Below are positions 32,957 through 41,041 of a DNA stretch of 64,000 nucleotides, piece after piece. Made by a program: the position numbers and the translations under genes. Every line of letters starts with the position of its first letter. The stretch's first letter is position 1. The DNA lies in the NCBI GenBank assembly GCA_016711295.1, contig JADJTE010000009.1:56919-120918 (forward strand), read 5' to 3'. The notes under the pieces are model-generated. The model ran no database searches. It was not told the origin of the DNA and was given only the letters and a program-made list of their open reading frames with translations. Source of the DNA: Sphingobacteriales bacterium. GTDB taxonomy: Bacteria > Bacteroidota > Bacteroidia > Chitinophagales > UBA2359.

Positions 32957-33144
32957 CAAAACGAGTTGGATTCCGCACAACAGCAGACATAGCACCAAAA
33001 ATGCCCTAACTATCTAAGGAATGTGATTTCGTGTATAGAATAATGGGCTATGTTTCACCAATAATGCCCCACTACATTGCGCAAAAGCACAAGTACAAGA
33101 AGCGAAAATTAGATAATTGAGATGCTAATTTGCCCACTTTTTTG

Positions 33145-33152
33145 TAACTTTG
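33145..33152 (+). promoter_or_regulatory. candidate -7 box (TAACTTTG)
   Basis: This matches TAnnTTTG 33 nt upstream of the ffh ATG. Confidence 0.45.
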
Positions 33153-33184
33153 CCGCTTAATTACCACATTAACGAACTTCCATC

Positions 33185-34549
33185 ATGTTTGAAAATTTAC
33201 AGGAAAAAATAGGTTCTGCATTCAAAACCCTTAAAGGACAAGGCAGCATCACCGAAATTAATATCGCTTCGATGATGAAAGACATACGCCGCGCCTTAGT
33301 AGATGCAGACGTAAACTATAAAACCGCCAAAGAATTTACCGAAAAAGTTAAAAACGAAGCATTAGGGCAAAAAGTGCTTACCGCCGTAGCCCCCGACCAA
33401 CTATTGGTCAAAGTCATGAACGACGAACTGACCGCGCTGATGGGCGGTACAGCCAGCGATATCAATTTAGACGGCAATCCATCTGTCGTGTTAATTTCGG
33501 GTTTGCAGGGGTCGGGCAAAACGACTTTCTCGGCTAAGTTTGCCAATATGCTCAAAACGAAGCGCAACCTAAAACCCTTATTGGTAGCAGGAGACGTATA
33601 TCGCCCCGCAGCCATAGACCAGCTCAAAATTTTAGGCGACAAAATAGGCGTGCCCGTATATGCCGAAACCGACGTAAAAGATGCCATCGGGATTGCCACG
33701 CGCGGCGTAGCTCATGCCAAAGCCAACGGTATGCAAGTCGTGATTATAGATACCGCCGGACGCTTGGCGGTCGACGAAGAAATGATGCGTGAAATAGAAA
33801 GCATCAAACGCGAAACACAACCCGACGAAACCTTGTTTGTCGTCGATGCCATGACAGGACAAGATGCCATCAATACCTCCAAAACTTTCAACGAGCGATT
33901 GGACTTTGACGGCGTAGTATTGACCAAACTCGATGGCGATACGCGCGGCGGAGCTGCTTTGTCTATCAAATATGAGGTAAACAAACCCATCAAATTTGTG
34001 AGCTATGGCGAAAAAATGGACACGCTCGACGTGTTTCACCCCGACCGTATGGCGCAGCGCGTATTGGGTATGGGCGACATCGTGAGCTTTGTAGAACGCG
34101 CACAAGCCGAATTTGACGACAAAGAAGCCCAAAAATTAGAATCCAAAATCCGAAAAAATCAACTCGATTTTAACGATTTCTTGGCACAAATGAAGCAAAT
34201 ACGCCGTATGGGTAGCCTCAAAGACCTGATGAACATGATACCAGGCATGAGCCAAGCCCTAAAAGGCATAGACCTGAACGACGACCATTTCAAGCGCGTA
34301 GAAGCTATCATCTTTTCAATGACTCCCGAAGAGCGCACCAATCCAATGTTGATGACAACTAACGCCGCTCGCCGCCGCCGAGTAGCGTCTGGTAGTGGCA
34401 ATAATATAGAATCTGTCAATAATTTCATCAAACAATTTGAACAAATGCGCCAAATGCTCAAACAGATGAGCAAAATGGGCGGTGCTATGGGCGGCAAATT
34501 GCCCCCAATGCCAGGCGGATTAGGCGGGCTATTGGGCAAAAAGCAATAG
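33185..34549 (+). CDS. ffh: signal recognition particle protein
   Basis: This is a 454-aa ORF. It has the SRP54 GTPase motifs GLQGSGKTT, DTAGR and TKLDGD, plus a Met-rich M domain. Confidence 0.97.
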   Translation: MFENLQEKIGSAFKTLKGQGSITEINIASMMKDIRRALVDADVNYKTAKEFTEKVKNEALGQKVLTAVAPDQLLVKVMNDELTALMGGTASDINLDGNPSVVLISGLQGSGKTTFSAKFANMLKTKRNLKPLLVAGDVYRPAAIDQLKILGDKIGVPVYAETDVKDAIGIATRGVAHAKANGMQVVIIDTAGRLAVDEEMMREIESIKRETQPDETLFVVDAMTGQDAINTSKTFNERLDFDGVVLTKLDGDTRGGAALSIKYEVNKPIKFVSYGEKMDTLDVFHPDRMAQRVLGMGDIVSFVERAQAEFDDKEAQKLESKIRKNQLDFNDFLAQMKQIRRMGSLKDLMNMIPGMSQALKGIDLNDDHFKRVEAIIFSMTPEERTNPMLMTTNAARRRRVASGSGNNIESVNNFIKQFEQMRQMLKQMSKMGGAMGGKLPPMPGGLGGLLGKKQ

Positions 34550-34767
34550 GCTTGTGACAGCGGCACTTACTTGGGTGTAAAATGGTGCTTTCTCGCCTGC
34601 TTTTCGTTTATTTTTGAAAACATAGCCCCACTATGCCTCCAAAAATAAACCTCAATCAGCCCAAAAATCCCTCTTTTTCCGCTCCAACCCCGCCACTGTA
34701 ACAAGTCTAATAAAAAAATACCACAAAATTATCATTTTTCAGAACAGCAAGGCTATATTTTACCACT

Positions 34768-35235
34768 GTGGATAACCGAAAAGCCCGCCTGCTGCTGCAA
34801 AACTATTGCGCCAAAGGCGAGCGATGCCATTTTGACATACGACAAAAATTGCGCGACTGGCAAATAGCACGCGACGATGCCGACGAACTCATCGCTGAAC
34901 TCATCAGCGATAATTTTTTGAACGAACAACGCTATGCCAACGCCTTTGCGCACGACAAATTTTACCTACAACAATGGGGACGCGGCAAAATAACCCAACA
35001 CCTACAACAAAAACAGGTGTCCGCAGCTTGTATCGCCGAAGCACTTAGCCGAATCAATGCCGATGATTATAGGCAAACCGCCCACGAACTCGCACAACGA
35101 AAAGCAAAACAACTCGGCAAAGAACAACTCCCGCCCGCGCGACGACAAAAAATAGCCAACTTCCTGCTACAACGCGGTTTTGAACCCGACATAGCTTGGG
35201 AAGCAGCCAAAGAGCAGAGTAGTAGAGAAAAATAG
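34768..35235 (+). CDS. recX: RecX-like regulatory protein
   Basis: This is a 155-aa helical-repeat ORF (LQNYCAKGERCHFDIRQKL...) typical of RecX in size and layout. Confidence 0.65.
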   Translation: MDNRKARLLLQNYCAKGERCHFDIRQKLRDWQIARDDADELIAELISDNFLNEQRYANAFAHDKFYLQQWGRGKITQHLQQKQVSAACIAEALSRINADDYRQTAHELAQRKAKQLGKEQLPPARRQKIANFLLQRGFEPDIAWEAAKEQSSREK

Positions 35236-35322
35236 ATAAATCCATTTAGCATATAGTCCGCTCTAATAGCCCGCAATTTAAACCGTGGGCTAACTGCCAA
35301 TAAAACCCTTGAACAAATAACT

Positions 35323-36603
35323 ATGATTAGCTACGATAAATTTAGCCTTGACAATGGCTTGCGCATCGTCGTACACCACGACCCCAATACGCCCTTAGCT
35401 ACTGTCAATATCTTATATGATGTAGGTTCGCGCGATGAAAGCGAAAGCCGCACAGGTTTTGCTCACCTTTTTGAACACCTCATGTTCGAAGGCTCCGTCA
35501 ATATACCCGATTATGACGAACACGTACACTTAGCGGGCGGCGAGTCTAATGCCTTTACCAGCAGCGATATGACCAATTATTATATAACGCTGCCCGTACA
35601 TAATATCGAAACTGCCTTTTGGCTCGAATCAGACCGTATGCTTAGTTTGGCTTTTAGCGAAGAAGCACTCGCCGTCCAAAAAGGCGTAGTCTGTGAAGAA
35701 TTTAAAGAACATTATATCAACCAACCCTATGGCGATTGGATGCACAAAATGCGTGCCTTATGTTTTACAACCCACCCTTATAAATGGCTGACTATCGGCA
35801 AAGAATTGTCACATATAGAACAAGCCACCCTATCCGATGTACGCGCTTTCTTTTTCCAACACTATCGCCCCAATAATGCCATTTTGTGCGTAGCAGGTAA
35901 TGTGACGAGCGAGCAAGTGCGCCAATTAGCCCAAAAATGGTTTGGTGATATCCCGCCGTCCGAAAAACCTTACCACCGCCAGCTACCCGCCGAACCTGCA
36001 CAAACCACGTTTCGCAGCCAACACATCTATGCCAATGTACCTATCGACGCGCTGTATATGGCATTCCATATCGGCGATAGATTAAGCCCCAGCTATCACC
36101 CCACCGCTTTTATCTGCGATATATTGTCGAGCGGCGCATCAGGGCGGCTATACCAACATTTAGTAAAAGACCAAACCCTATTCAGCAGCCTGCACGCTTA
36201 TTCGTGGGACGAACACGACCCAGGATTGCTGTATATCGAGGGCAAACTCAATAAAGGTGTGACATTAGAAAGTGCCGAAACAGCTATCTGGCACGAACTC
36301 GAACAATTGTGCCAAATGCCTGTATCGGAAGACGAACTTGGCAAAGTGCGCAACAAGGTCGAGGCGGCTATCGTCTTCAATGAAGTAGGACTGAGCGACC
36401 GCGCTTTTTCGCTCGCTTACTACGAGCTGTTGGGCGATATTGACGAAATAAACAACGAAATTGACAAATACCTGCGCGTGACGGCTGCCGACATACAGCA
36501 GACGGCGCAGCAAATTTTTAGCCGCGAAAACTGCTCCGTTCTCTATTACCACGCCCAGCCCCCCAGCGAAGCCGCCGAACAAAATGCCGATGCAAGCACC
36601 TAA
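35323..36603 (+). CDS. M16 (pitrilysin/insulinase) family zinc peptidase
   Basis: The HxxEH zinc motif is present (GFAHLFEHLMFEGS). The ORF is 426 aa. Confidence 0.85.
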   Translation: MISYDKFSLDNGLRIVVHHDPNTPLATVNILYDVGSRDESESRTGFAHLFEHLMFEGSVNIPDYDEHVHLAGGESNAFTSSDMTNYYITLPVHNIETAFWLESDRMLSLAFSEEALAVQKGVVCEEFKEHYINQPYGDWMHKMRALCFTTHPYKWLTIGKELSHIEQATLSDVRAFFFQHYRPNNAILCVAGNVTSEQVRQLAQKWFGDIPPSEKPYHRQLPAEPAQTTFRSQHIYANVPIDALYMAFHIGDRLSPSYHPTAFICDILSSGASGRLYQHLVKDQTLFSSLHAYSWDEHDPGLLYIEGKLNKGVTLESAETAIWHELEQLCQMPVSEDELGKVRNKVEAAIVFNEVGLSDRAFSLAYYELLGDIDEINNEIDKYLRVTAADIQQTAQQIFSRENCSVLYYHAQPPSEAAEQNADAST

Positions 36604-37493
36604 TATACCCACCGAGCACAAAGCGGGATTTGTCAATATAATAGGCAAACCCAACGTAGGAAAATCAACCCTGATGAACGCCTTAGTCGGCGAGCGGCTA
36701 TCTATCATCACCTCCAAAGCCCAAACTACGCGCCACCGCATATTGGGCATTGTCAATGGCGACGATTTCCAAATCGTATATTCCGACACGCCGGGCGTAC
36801 TAAAACCCGCCTACAAAATGCAGGAAGCGATGATGCGTTTTGTCTATCAATCATTTGACGATGCCGATATATTGTTGGTGATGGCTGATGCATCTGAAAA
36901 AAAAGACCGCGACATAGCCTTAGTTGCCGACAAAATCAACCGCAGCGAGGCAAAGGTGATTTTTCTGCTCAACAAAGTCGATTTGGTCACCGCTGCCGAT
37001 GCCGAACAACAATTAGCCTATTGGCGAAGCCAAATAAAAGCAACTGCCTACTTGCCCGTTTCCGCACTTACGGGGCATAATTTGACCGCGCTTTTCGACA
37101 CCATTCTATCCAATTTGCCTTTGTCGCCGCCTTATTATCCCGACAAAGAAGAATTGACCGACCGCCCCGAACGCTTTTTCGTATCCGAAATTATCCGAGA
37201 AAAAATATTGCTCACCTACCACCAAGAAATACCTTATTCGGTAGAAGTCGTCATCGATAGCTTTAAGGAAGACGACGAAATGGTGCGGATAGAAGCCATC
37301 ATTTGGGCAAATCGCGAATCCCAAAAACCTATCCTCATCGGCAAAAATGGCAAAAACTTGACCAAAGTAGGTACGGCTGCCCGAATGGATATAGAGCGAT
37401 TTTTGGAAAAAAGTCTATTTAGGCTTGCGCATCAAGGTGCGCGAAGGATGGCGCGAAAACGAAACCTTGCTCAAAAATTTAGGCTATCAATAA
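36584..37493 (+). CDS. era: GTPase Era; frame break in A-run 37407-37412
   Basis: It carries GKPNVGKSTLMN, DTPG, NKVD and a KH domain. Removing one A from the run gives ...FLEKVYLGLRIKVREGWRENETLLKNLGYQ*, with the stop at 37491-37493. Confidence 0.9.
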
Positions 37494-37517
37494 ATATTCT
37501 GCTTCGTACTATATTAT

Positions 37518-38080
37518 ATGTGGCATATAAACCAAGACCAAGCCCTATTTTTAGACCGAGACGGCGTTATCAACCGCAAAATAGAGCAAGGCTATGTGTT
37601 GCGTTGGTCCGAATTTGAATTTATGCCCAATGCCCTAAGCGCGATAGCTCATCTGAGCCGTTTGTTTGGGCGCATTATCGGGGTAACGAACCAACAATGT
37701 GTAGGCAAGCGCATGATGTTGGAAACCGACCTAATAGCCCTGCTATACCAAATGACCGATTGCGTGGCGCAACACGGCGGGCGATTCGATGCGTTCTATT
37801 ATTGCCCACATCTGGCTTACGAAAATTGTGGCTGCCGCAAACCTGCTATCGGCATGGCGCGACAAGCACAAGCCGACTACCCCGACATCGATTTGAAACG
37901 AGTCCATTATGGTCGGCGATTCGGTGAGCGACCTACAATTTGGTCCGGGGCGCGGGTATGCAGACGGTATTTATACACCACCAAGCACCCAGCTCAGATG
38001 CCGAAAATGCCCATTTAGCCCATGCACAATACGATTCGCTGGCTGCCTTTGCCGCAGATTGCCGCAGCGCGACCACATAG
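37518..38080 (+). CDS. gmhB: D,D-heptose 1,7-bisphosphate phosphatase-like HAD-IIIA hydrolase; two frame breaks
   Basis: The N-terminal part reads ALFLDRDGVIN...VTNQ...CRKP. ORF 37909 continues with MVGDSVSDLQFG. My own translation of a third frame gives the C-terminus ...GAGMQTVFIHHQAPSSDAENAHLAHAQYDSLAAFAADCRSATT*, with the stop at 38078-38080. Confidence 0.75.
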
Positions 38081-38269
38081 AACGATTGGGCGTTTCAAGG
38101 TCTAAACCCGTGGGATTTCGCCCCTAATGGGGCTTTGGCTTTGATGCTGTTTGGGTTTTCTATTAGCAGGTCGCTCCTACGGAGCTATTAGGAGGATGCC
38201 CTTAAATGGGGCGGTGGCTATCTCTTTGGCGGTCAAGCCGTAAAGCTGGCAAACCATGCAGTCTATTTG
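38064..38269 (+). repeat. ~206-bp direct repeat, copy 1 (partner 48178-48390)
   Basis: It aligns with 48178-48390 (gcagcgc..cacatagaacgattgg..cgtttcaag...gccgtaaag.tggcaaaccatgcagtctatttg) at high identity with small indels. It begins inside the last codons of gmhB. Confidence 0.8.
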
Positions 38270-38367
38270 GGTAAAAAATACTGCTCCGTAGGAGTAATAT
38301 AATAATAGCATAGCAAAGACATTAGAATAGATAGCTCCGTAGGAACGGAATTGTTTAAGGTGGTTTT

Positions 38368-38870
38368 TATTAGGATTTCGCCCCTAATGGGGCTTTGGCT
38401 TTGATGATATTTTCGTTTGTTATTAGGATTTCGCCCCTATGGGGCTTTGGCTTTGGTGATTGTTATTCTTTTCTATTAGCAGGTCGCTCCTACGAAGCTA
38501 TTAGGAGGACATCCCGATGGGGTTTCGTTTCGATGATGTTTTCGTTTGTTATTAGGATTTCGCCCATACGGGGCTTTGTTGGTGATTGTTATTCTTTTCT
38601 ATTAGCATGTCGCTCCTACGAAGCTATTAGGAGGACATCCCGATGGGGTTTCGTTTCGATGATGTTTTCGTTTGTTATTAGGATTTCGCCCATACGGGGC
38701 TTTGTTGGTGATTGTTATTCTTTTCTATTAGCATGTCGCTCCTACGGAGCTATTAGGAGGGCACCCCGATGGGGTTTCGTTTCGATGATGTTTTCGTTTG
38801 TTATTAGGATTTCGCCCCTAATGGGGCTTTGGCTTTGGTGCTGTTTGGGTTTTCTATTAAAATTTCGTAA
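38368..38870. repeat. tandem repeat array A (~126-bp unit, about 3.5 full copies plus degenerate copies)
   Basis: The motif ttattaggatttcgccc recurs at 38368, 38420, 38549, 38675 and 38801. Each unit is built from short hairpin modules (gcccc-n-ggggc, gctcctacggagc, cccgatgggg). The 175-aa ORF 38395-38922 is repeat-derived. Confidence 0.85.
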
Positions 38871-38940
38871 ATCATTTAATACCGAAAACTGCCCTTATTT
38901 CATACAATACATTCAAAAATAAATTTGTTATTTTAAATAA

Positions 38941-39426
38941 GTGTTGCAAGTAAAAATATTTACCATACCCATTACCGATGATGGTCGATTTACAGACGAG
39001 TTGAACAAATTTTTGCGTTCGCACAAAATTTTGGAGGTACAACAGCAACTAAGCACCCATGACAACGGTGCGTTTTGGTGTTTTTGTATCAGATACTTGC
39101 CCCATACCTTGACCCATATCGAGGCAGGGCGGAGCGGCAAAATCGACTACCGCGAAACGCTGAACGAGGCAGCATTCAAAAAATTTTCGCGTTTTCGCGA
39201 AATCCGAAAACAGCTGGCTGCCGAAGACGGCGTGCCCGCCTATGCCGTATTTACGGACGAAGAGTTGGCAAACCTATCTCAGCTTGCTGCGCTCGACCTC
39301 AAGGGGCTTAAAAGCATAAAGGGCATCGGCGATAAAAAAGCCGACCGCTACGGCGCAAAGATGCTCAACATATACCACCAAACCTTATTGTCGGCATCGC
39401 CCGACGATGATTCGGTACAGCCATGA
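38941..39426 (+). CDS. DGR accessory protein with C-terminal HRDC domain
   Basis: This is a 161-aa ORF with a GTG start. The C-terminal half, FKKFSRFREIRKQLAAEDGVPAYAVFTDEELANLSQ...LKSIKGIGDKKADRYGAKML, matches the RecQ/RNase D HRDC pattern. Its stop overlaps the RT start (ATGA). Confidence 0.8.
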   Translation: MLQVKIFTIPITDDGRFTDELNKFLRSHKILEVQQQLSTHDNGAFWCFCIRYLPHTLTHIEAGRSGKIDYRETLNEAAFKKFSRFREIRKQLAAEDGVPAYAVFTDEELANLSQLAALDLKGLKSIKGIGDKKADRYGAKMLNIYHQTLLSASPDDDSVQP

Positions 39427-40418
39427 AACGAGCCGGTTTTTTAGTGGGGCAAATTGCCGATATGAACAATTTGTATCTGGCATTTTGGAAAGCCAAACGC
39501 GGCAAAAGTACGCGCGAAGGAGTGCTGAACTACCAGACTGACCTGTTGCCCAACCTGCAATCACTGAGTGCCGAGATAATGAACGGCACTTTGCAACTTG
39601 GAAATTATCATTATTTCACGGTTTACGAACCCAAAGAACGCAAAATTTGTGCCGCCTCGTTCAAAGAGCGCGTGTTGCACCATGCCTTGATGAACGTATG
39701 TCACCCCTATTTCGAGCGGCGGCAAATTTTTGACAGCTATGCCAGCCGTCCCCAAAAAGGCATACACGCCGCGCTACGACGCGCGCAACAATTTGGCCGC
39801 CGATACGAATGGTATCTGAAATTGGATGTCCGGCATTTTTTTGACAGCATCGACCACGATATCGTCAAACAACAGCTATCGAGGCTATTCAAAGATACCC
39901 AATTGCTCGATATCTGGCACCGAATATTGGATAGCTACGAAGTCCAGCCCGGCAAAGGCGTGCCCATCGGCAACCTAAGCAGCCAATACATATCCAATCA
40001 TTACCTATCAGGCATAGACCGATATGCCTACCAAGTGGCCGGCGCACAAGGCTATGTACGCTACATGGACGATATGATACTGTGGCATAACGACAAAAAC
40101 GCCTTGCTATCGGCTCTGTCACTGATTGAGGGCTACCTGCACGAACGCCTGAAACTACGGCTCAAACCCGCCATAGTGGGACGAACGGCACAAGGACTGC
40201 CGTTTTTGGGCTTTGTCGTTCGTCGTTTCGACCTAGGGCTGCAACGAGCTGGAAAGCAACGCTACTACAAAAAATTGAAACGGCTTTGTTGCTGCTTGAA
40301 ACACCAACAACTAAGCCCCATTGATTTTCAACGCCGTGTGCAATGCCTTGCCTCCTTTGTTCGGCATGCTCGTTCGCTAAAATTTCGGCAAAAAACCGTT
40401 CGGAGGCTGCGTTGCTAA
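39423..40418 (+). CDS. DGR-type reverse transcriptase
   Basis: This is a 331-aa ORF. It has the catalytic YVRYMDDMILW and the DGR-diagnostic [ILV]GxxxSQ motif (PIGNLSSQ). There is no maturase or endonuclease domain. A TR/VR pair lies adjacent. Confidence 0.9.
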   Translation: MKRAGFLVGQIADMNNLYLAFWKAKRGKSTREGVLNYQTDLLPNLQSLSAEIMNGTLQLGNYHYFTVYEPKERKICAASFKERVLHHALMNVCHPYFERRQIFDSYASRPQKGIHAALRRAQQFGRRYEWYLKLDVRHFFDSIDHDIVKQQLSRLFKDTQLLDIWHRILDSYEVQPGKGVPIGNLSSQYISNHYLSGIDRYAYQVAGAQGYVRYMDDMILWHNDKNALLSALSLIEGYLHERLKLRLKPAIVGRTAQGLPFLGFVVRRFDLGLQRAGKQRYYKKLKRLCCCLKHQQLSPIDFQRRVQCLASFVRHARSLKFRQKTVRRLRC

Positions 40419-40523
40419 CCCTTAAAAAAAGTTGCCGCACCCACCAAAAAAGCCCCCAAAAGTTGCATCTATTGTTCCAGCGCACCAGCTTTCTTTGAGG
40501 ATGGGGCTATACAACAAACTCAA

Positions 40524-40585
40524 GAAAAAAACAAGCCCGGCTTTCAAACCACGCTATCCGGCAGGGCTTACTAACGGGGCTTGTT
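40524..40585 (-). terminator. Rho-independent terminator-like hairpin downstream of TR (minus strand)
   Basis: The minus strand reads aacaagccc...(about 34-nt structured loop)...gggcttgtt followed by a T7 run (plus-strand A-run 40525-40531). It lies about 95-150 nt 3' of the TR end. Confidence 0.5.
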
Positions 40586-40676
40586 CCATCAAAAAAAACA
40601 TTTCGCCCTCGCTTGAAAGCACAAGGGCAGGAAAACATCGCTGGACACAGCGGGACATCCATCCGTTTGCTTTGTG

Positions 40677-40798
40677 CTGGAAGGCAGAGCCAGCCGAAAA
40701 CCGTAGTTGTTGTTGCGGTTAGCGGGCGTGTTGTTGTTGCGGTTAGCCATCCGGCAGTTGACGGCGTTGTTGTTCCACGAGCCGCCGCGCAACACACG
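40677..40798 (-). repeat. DGR template repeat (TR), 122 nt
   Basis: It aligns with VR 41049-41170. The minus strand encodes (in frame with the VR) [39 protein letters not shown], with 12 AAC codons. The ORFs called here (40589-40795, 40507-40806) are TR artefacts. Confidence 0.88.
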
Positions 40799-40898
40799 CG
40801 GTGCAAAGGCCTTATGCGATATTACCCAATCGAAAAAACGATTTTTATATTAAAAAATATACAATATGTATTTTTTGAAAAAATTTTTTGCCTACAGG

Positions 40899-40906
40899 CA
40901 AAGCTA
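40899..40906 (-). promoter_or_regulatory. candidate -7 box (TAGCTTTG on minus strand) upstream of TR
   Basis: The plus strand reads caaagcta. It matches TAnnTTTG about 100 nt 5' of the TR in minus orientation and overlaps a small hairpin (ttgcc-tgt-aggcaa). Confidence 0.3.
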
Positions 40907-40926
40907 TCTAACAGCCCAACAGCCTA

Positions 40927-41001
40927 ACTTTTCGAACCATTGCAGCCCACTTGCAGCCGCTCCGCTTGGCTGCCACGTCGGGCTGCAATAGCTCGAAAAG
41001 T
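40927..41001 (-). other. long inverted repeat (hairpin/cruciform) 3' of the VR
   Basis: The arms are acttttcgaaccattgcagccc (40927-40948) and gggctgcaatagctcgaaaagt (40980-41001), complementary at 19 of 22 positions. An inner gcagcc/ggctgc stem is also present. It lies 48-122 nt beyond the VR end. Confidence 0.7.
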
Positions 41002-41041
41002 ATTCTTCTTTTGCACAAAGCAAACAGACGGATGAACCCAA

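Larger units (their letters stand above)
40524..40890 (-). ncRNA. predicted DGR TR-containing RNA (leader + TR + ~150-nt 3' spacer)
   Basis: This is inferred from three things. TR adenines are on the minus strand. A candidate -7 box lies at 40899-40906 (minus strand). A terminator-like hairpin lies at 40524-40585. The boundaries are predictions only. Confidence 0.4.

Noticed and set aside
38395-38922. A 175-aa ORF runs across array A. ORFs 43636-44088(-), 43717-44055(+), 44007-44222(-) and 44088-44486(+) run across array B.
   Set aside because: These frames stay open only because a stop-free unit is repeated. ORFs occur on both strands, the peptides are periodic, and there is no start context. 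I treated them as non-coding repeats.
39423-40418. The RT could be a retron or group II intron RT.
   Set aside because: A TR/VR pair with an adenine-specific mismatch pattern is present. The IGNLSSQ motif is DGR-type. There is no maturase, X or En domain and no intron RNA structure, and no msr/msd-like inverted repeats lie upstream.
40507-40806. ORFs over the TR (40589-40795 [22 protein letters not shown]..., 40507-40806, 40613-40927), and ORFs 40908-41492 and 40924-41256 over the VR region.
   Set aside because: The first is simply the TR read in the VR frame. It has no start context and is truncated relative to the target domain. The others are off-frame or antisense to the well-supported target gene.
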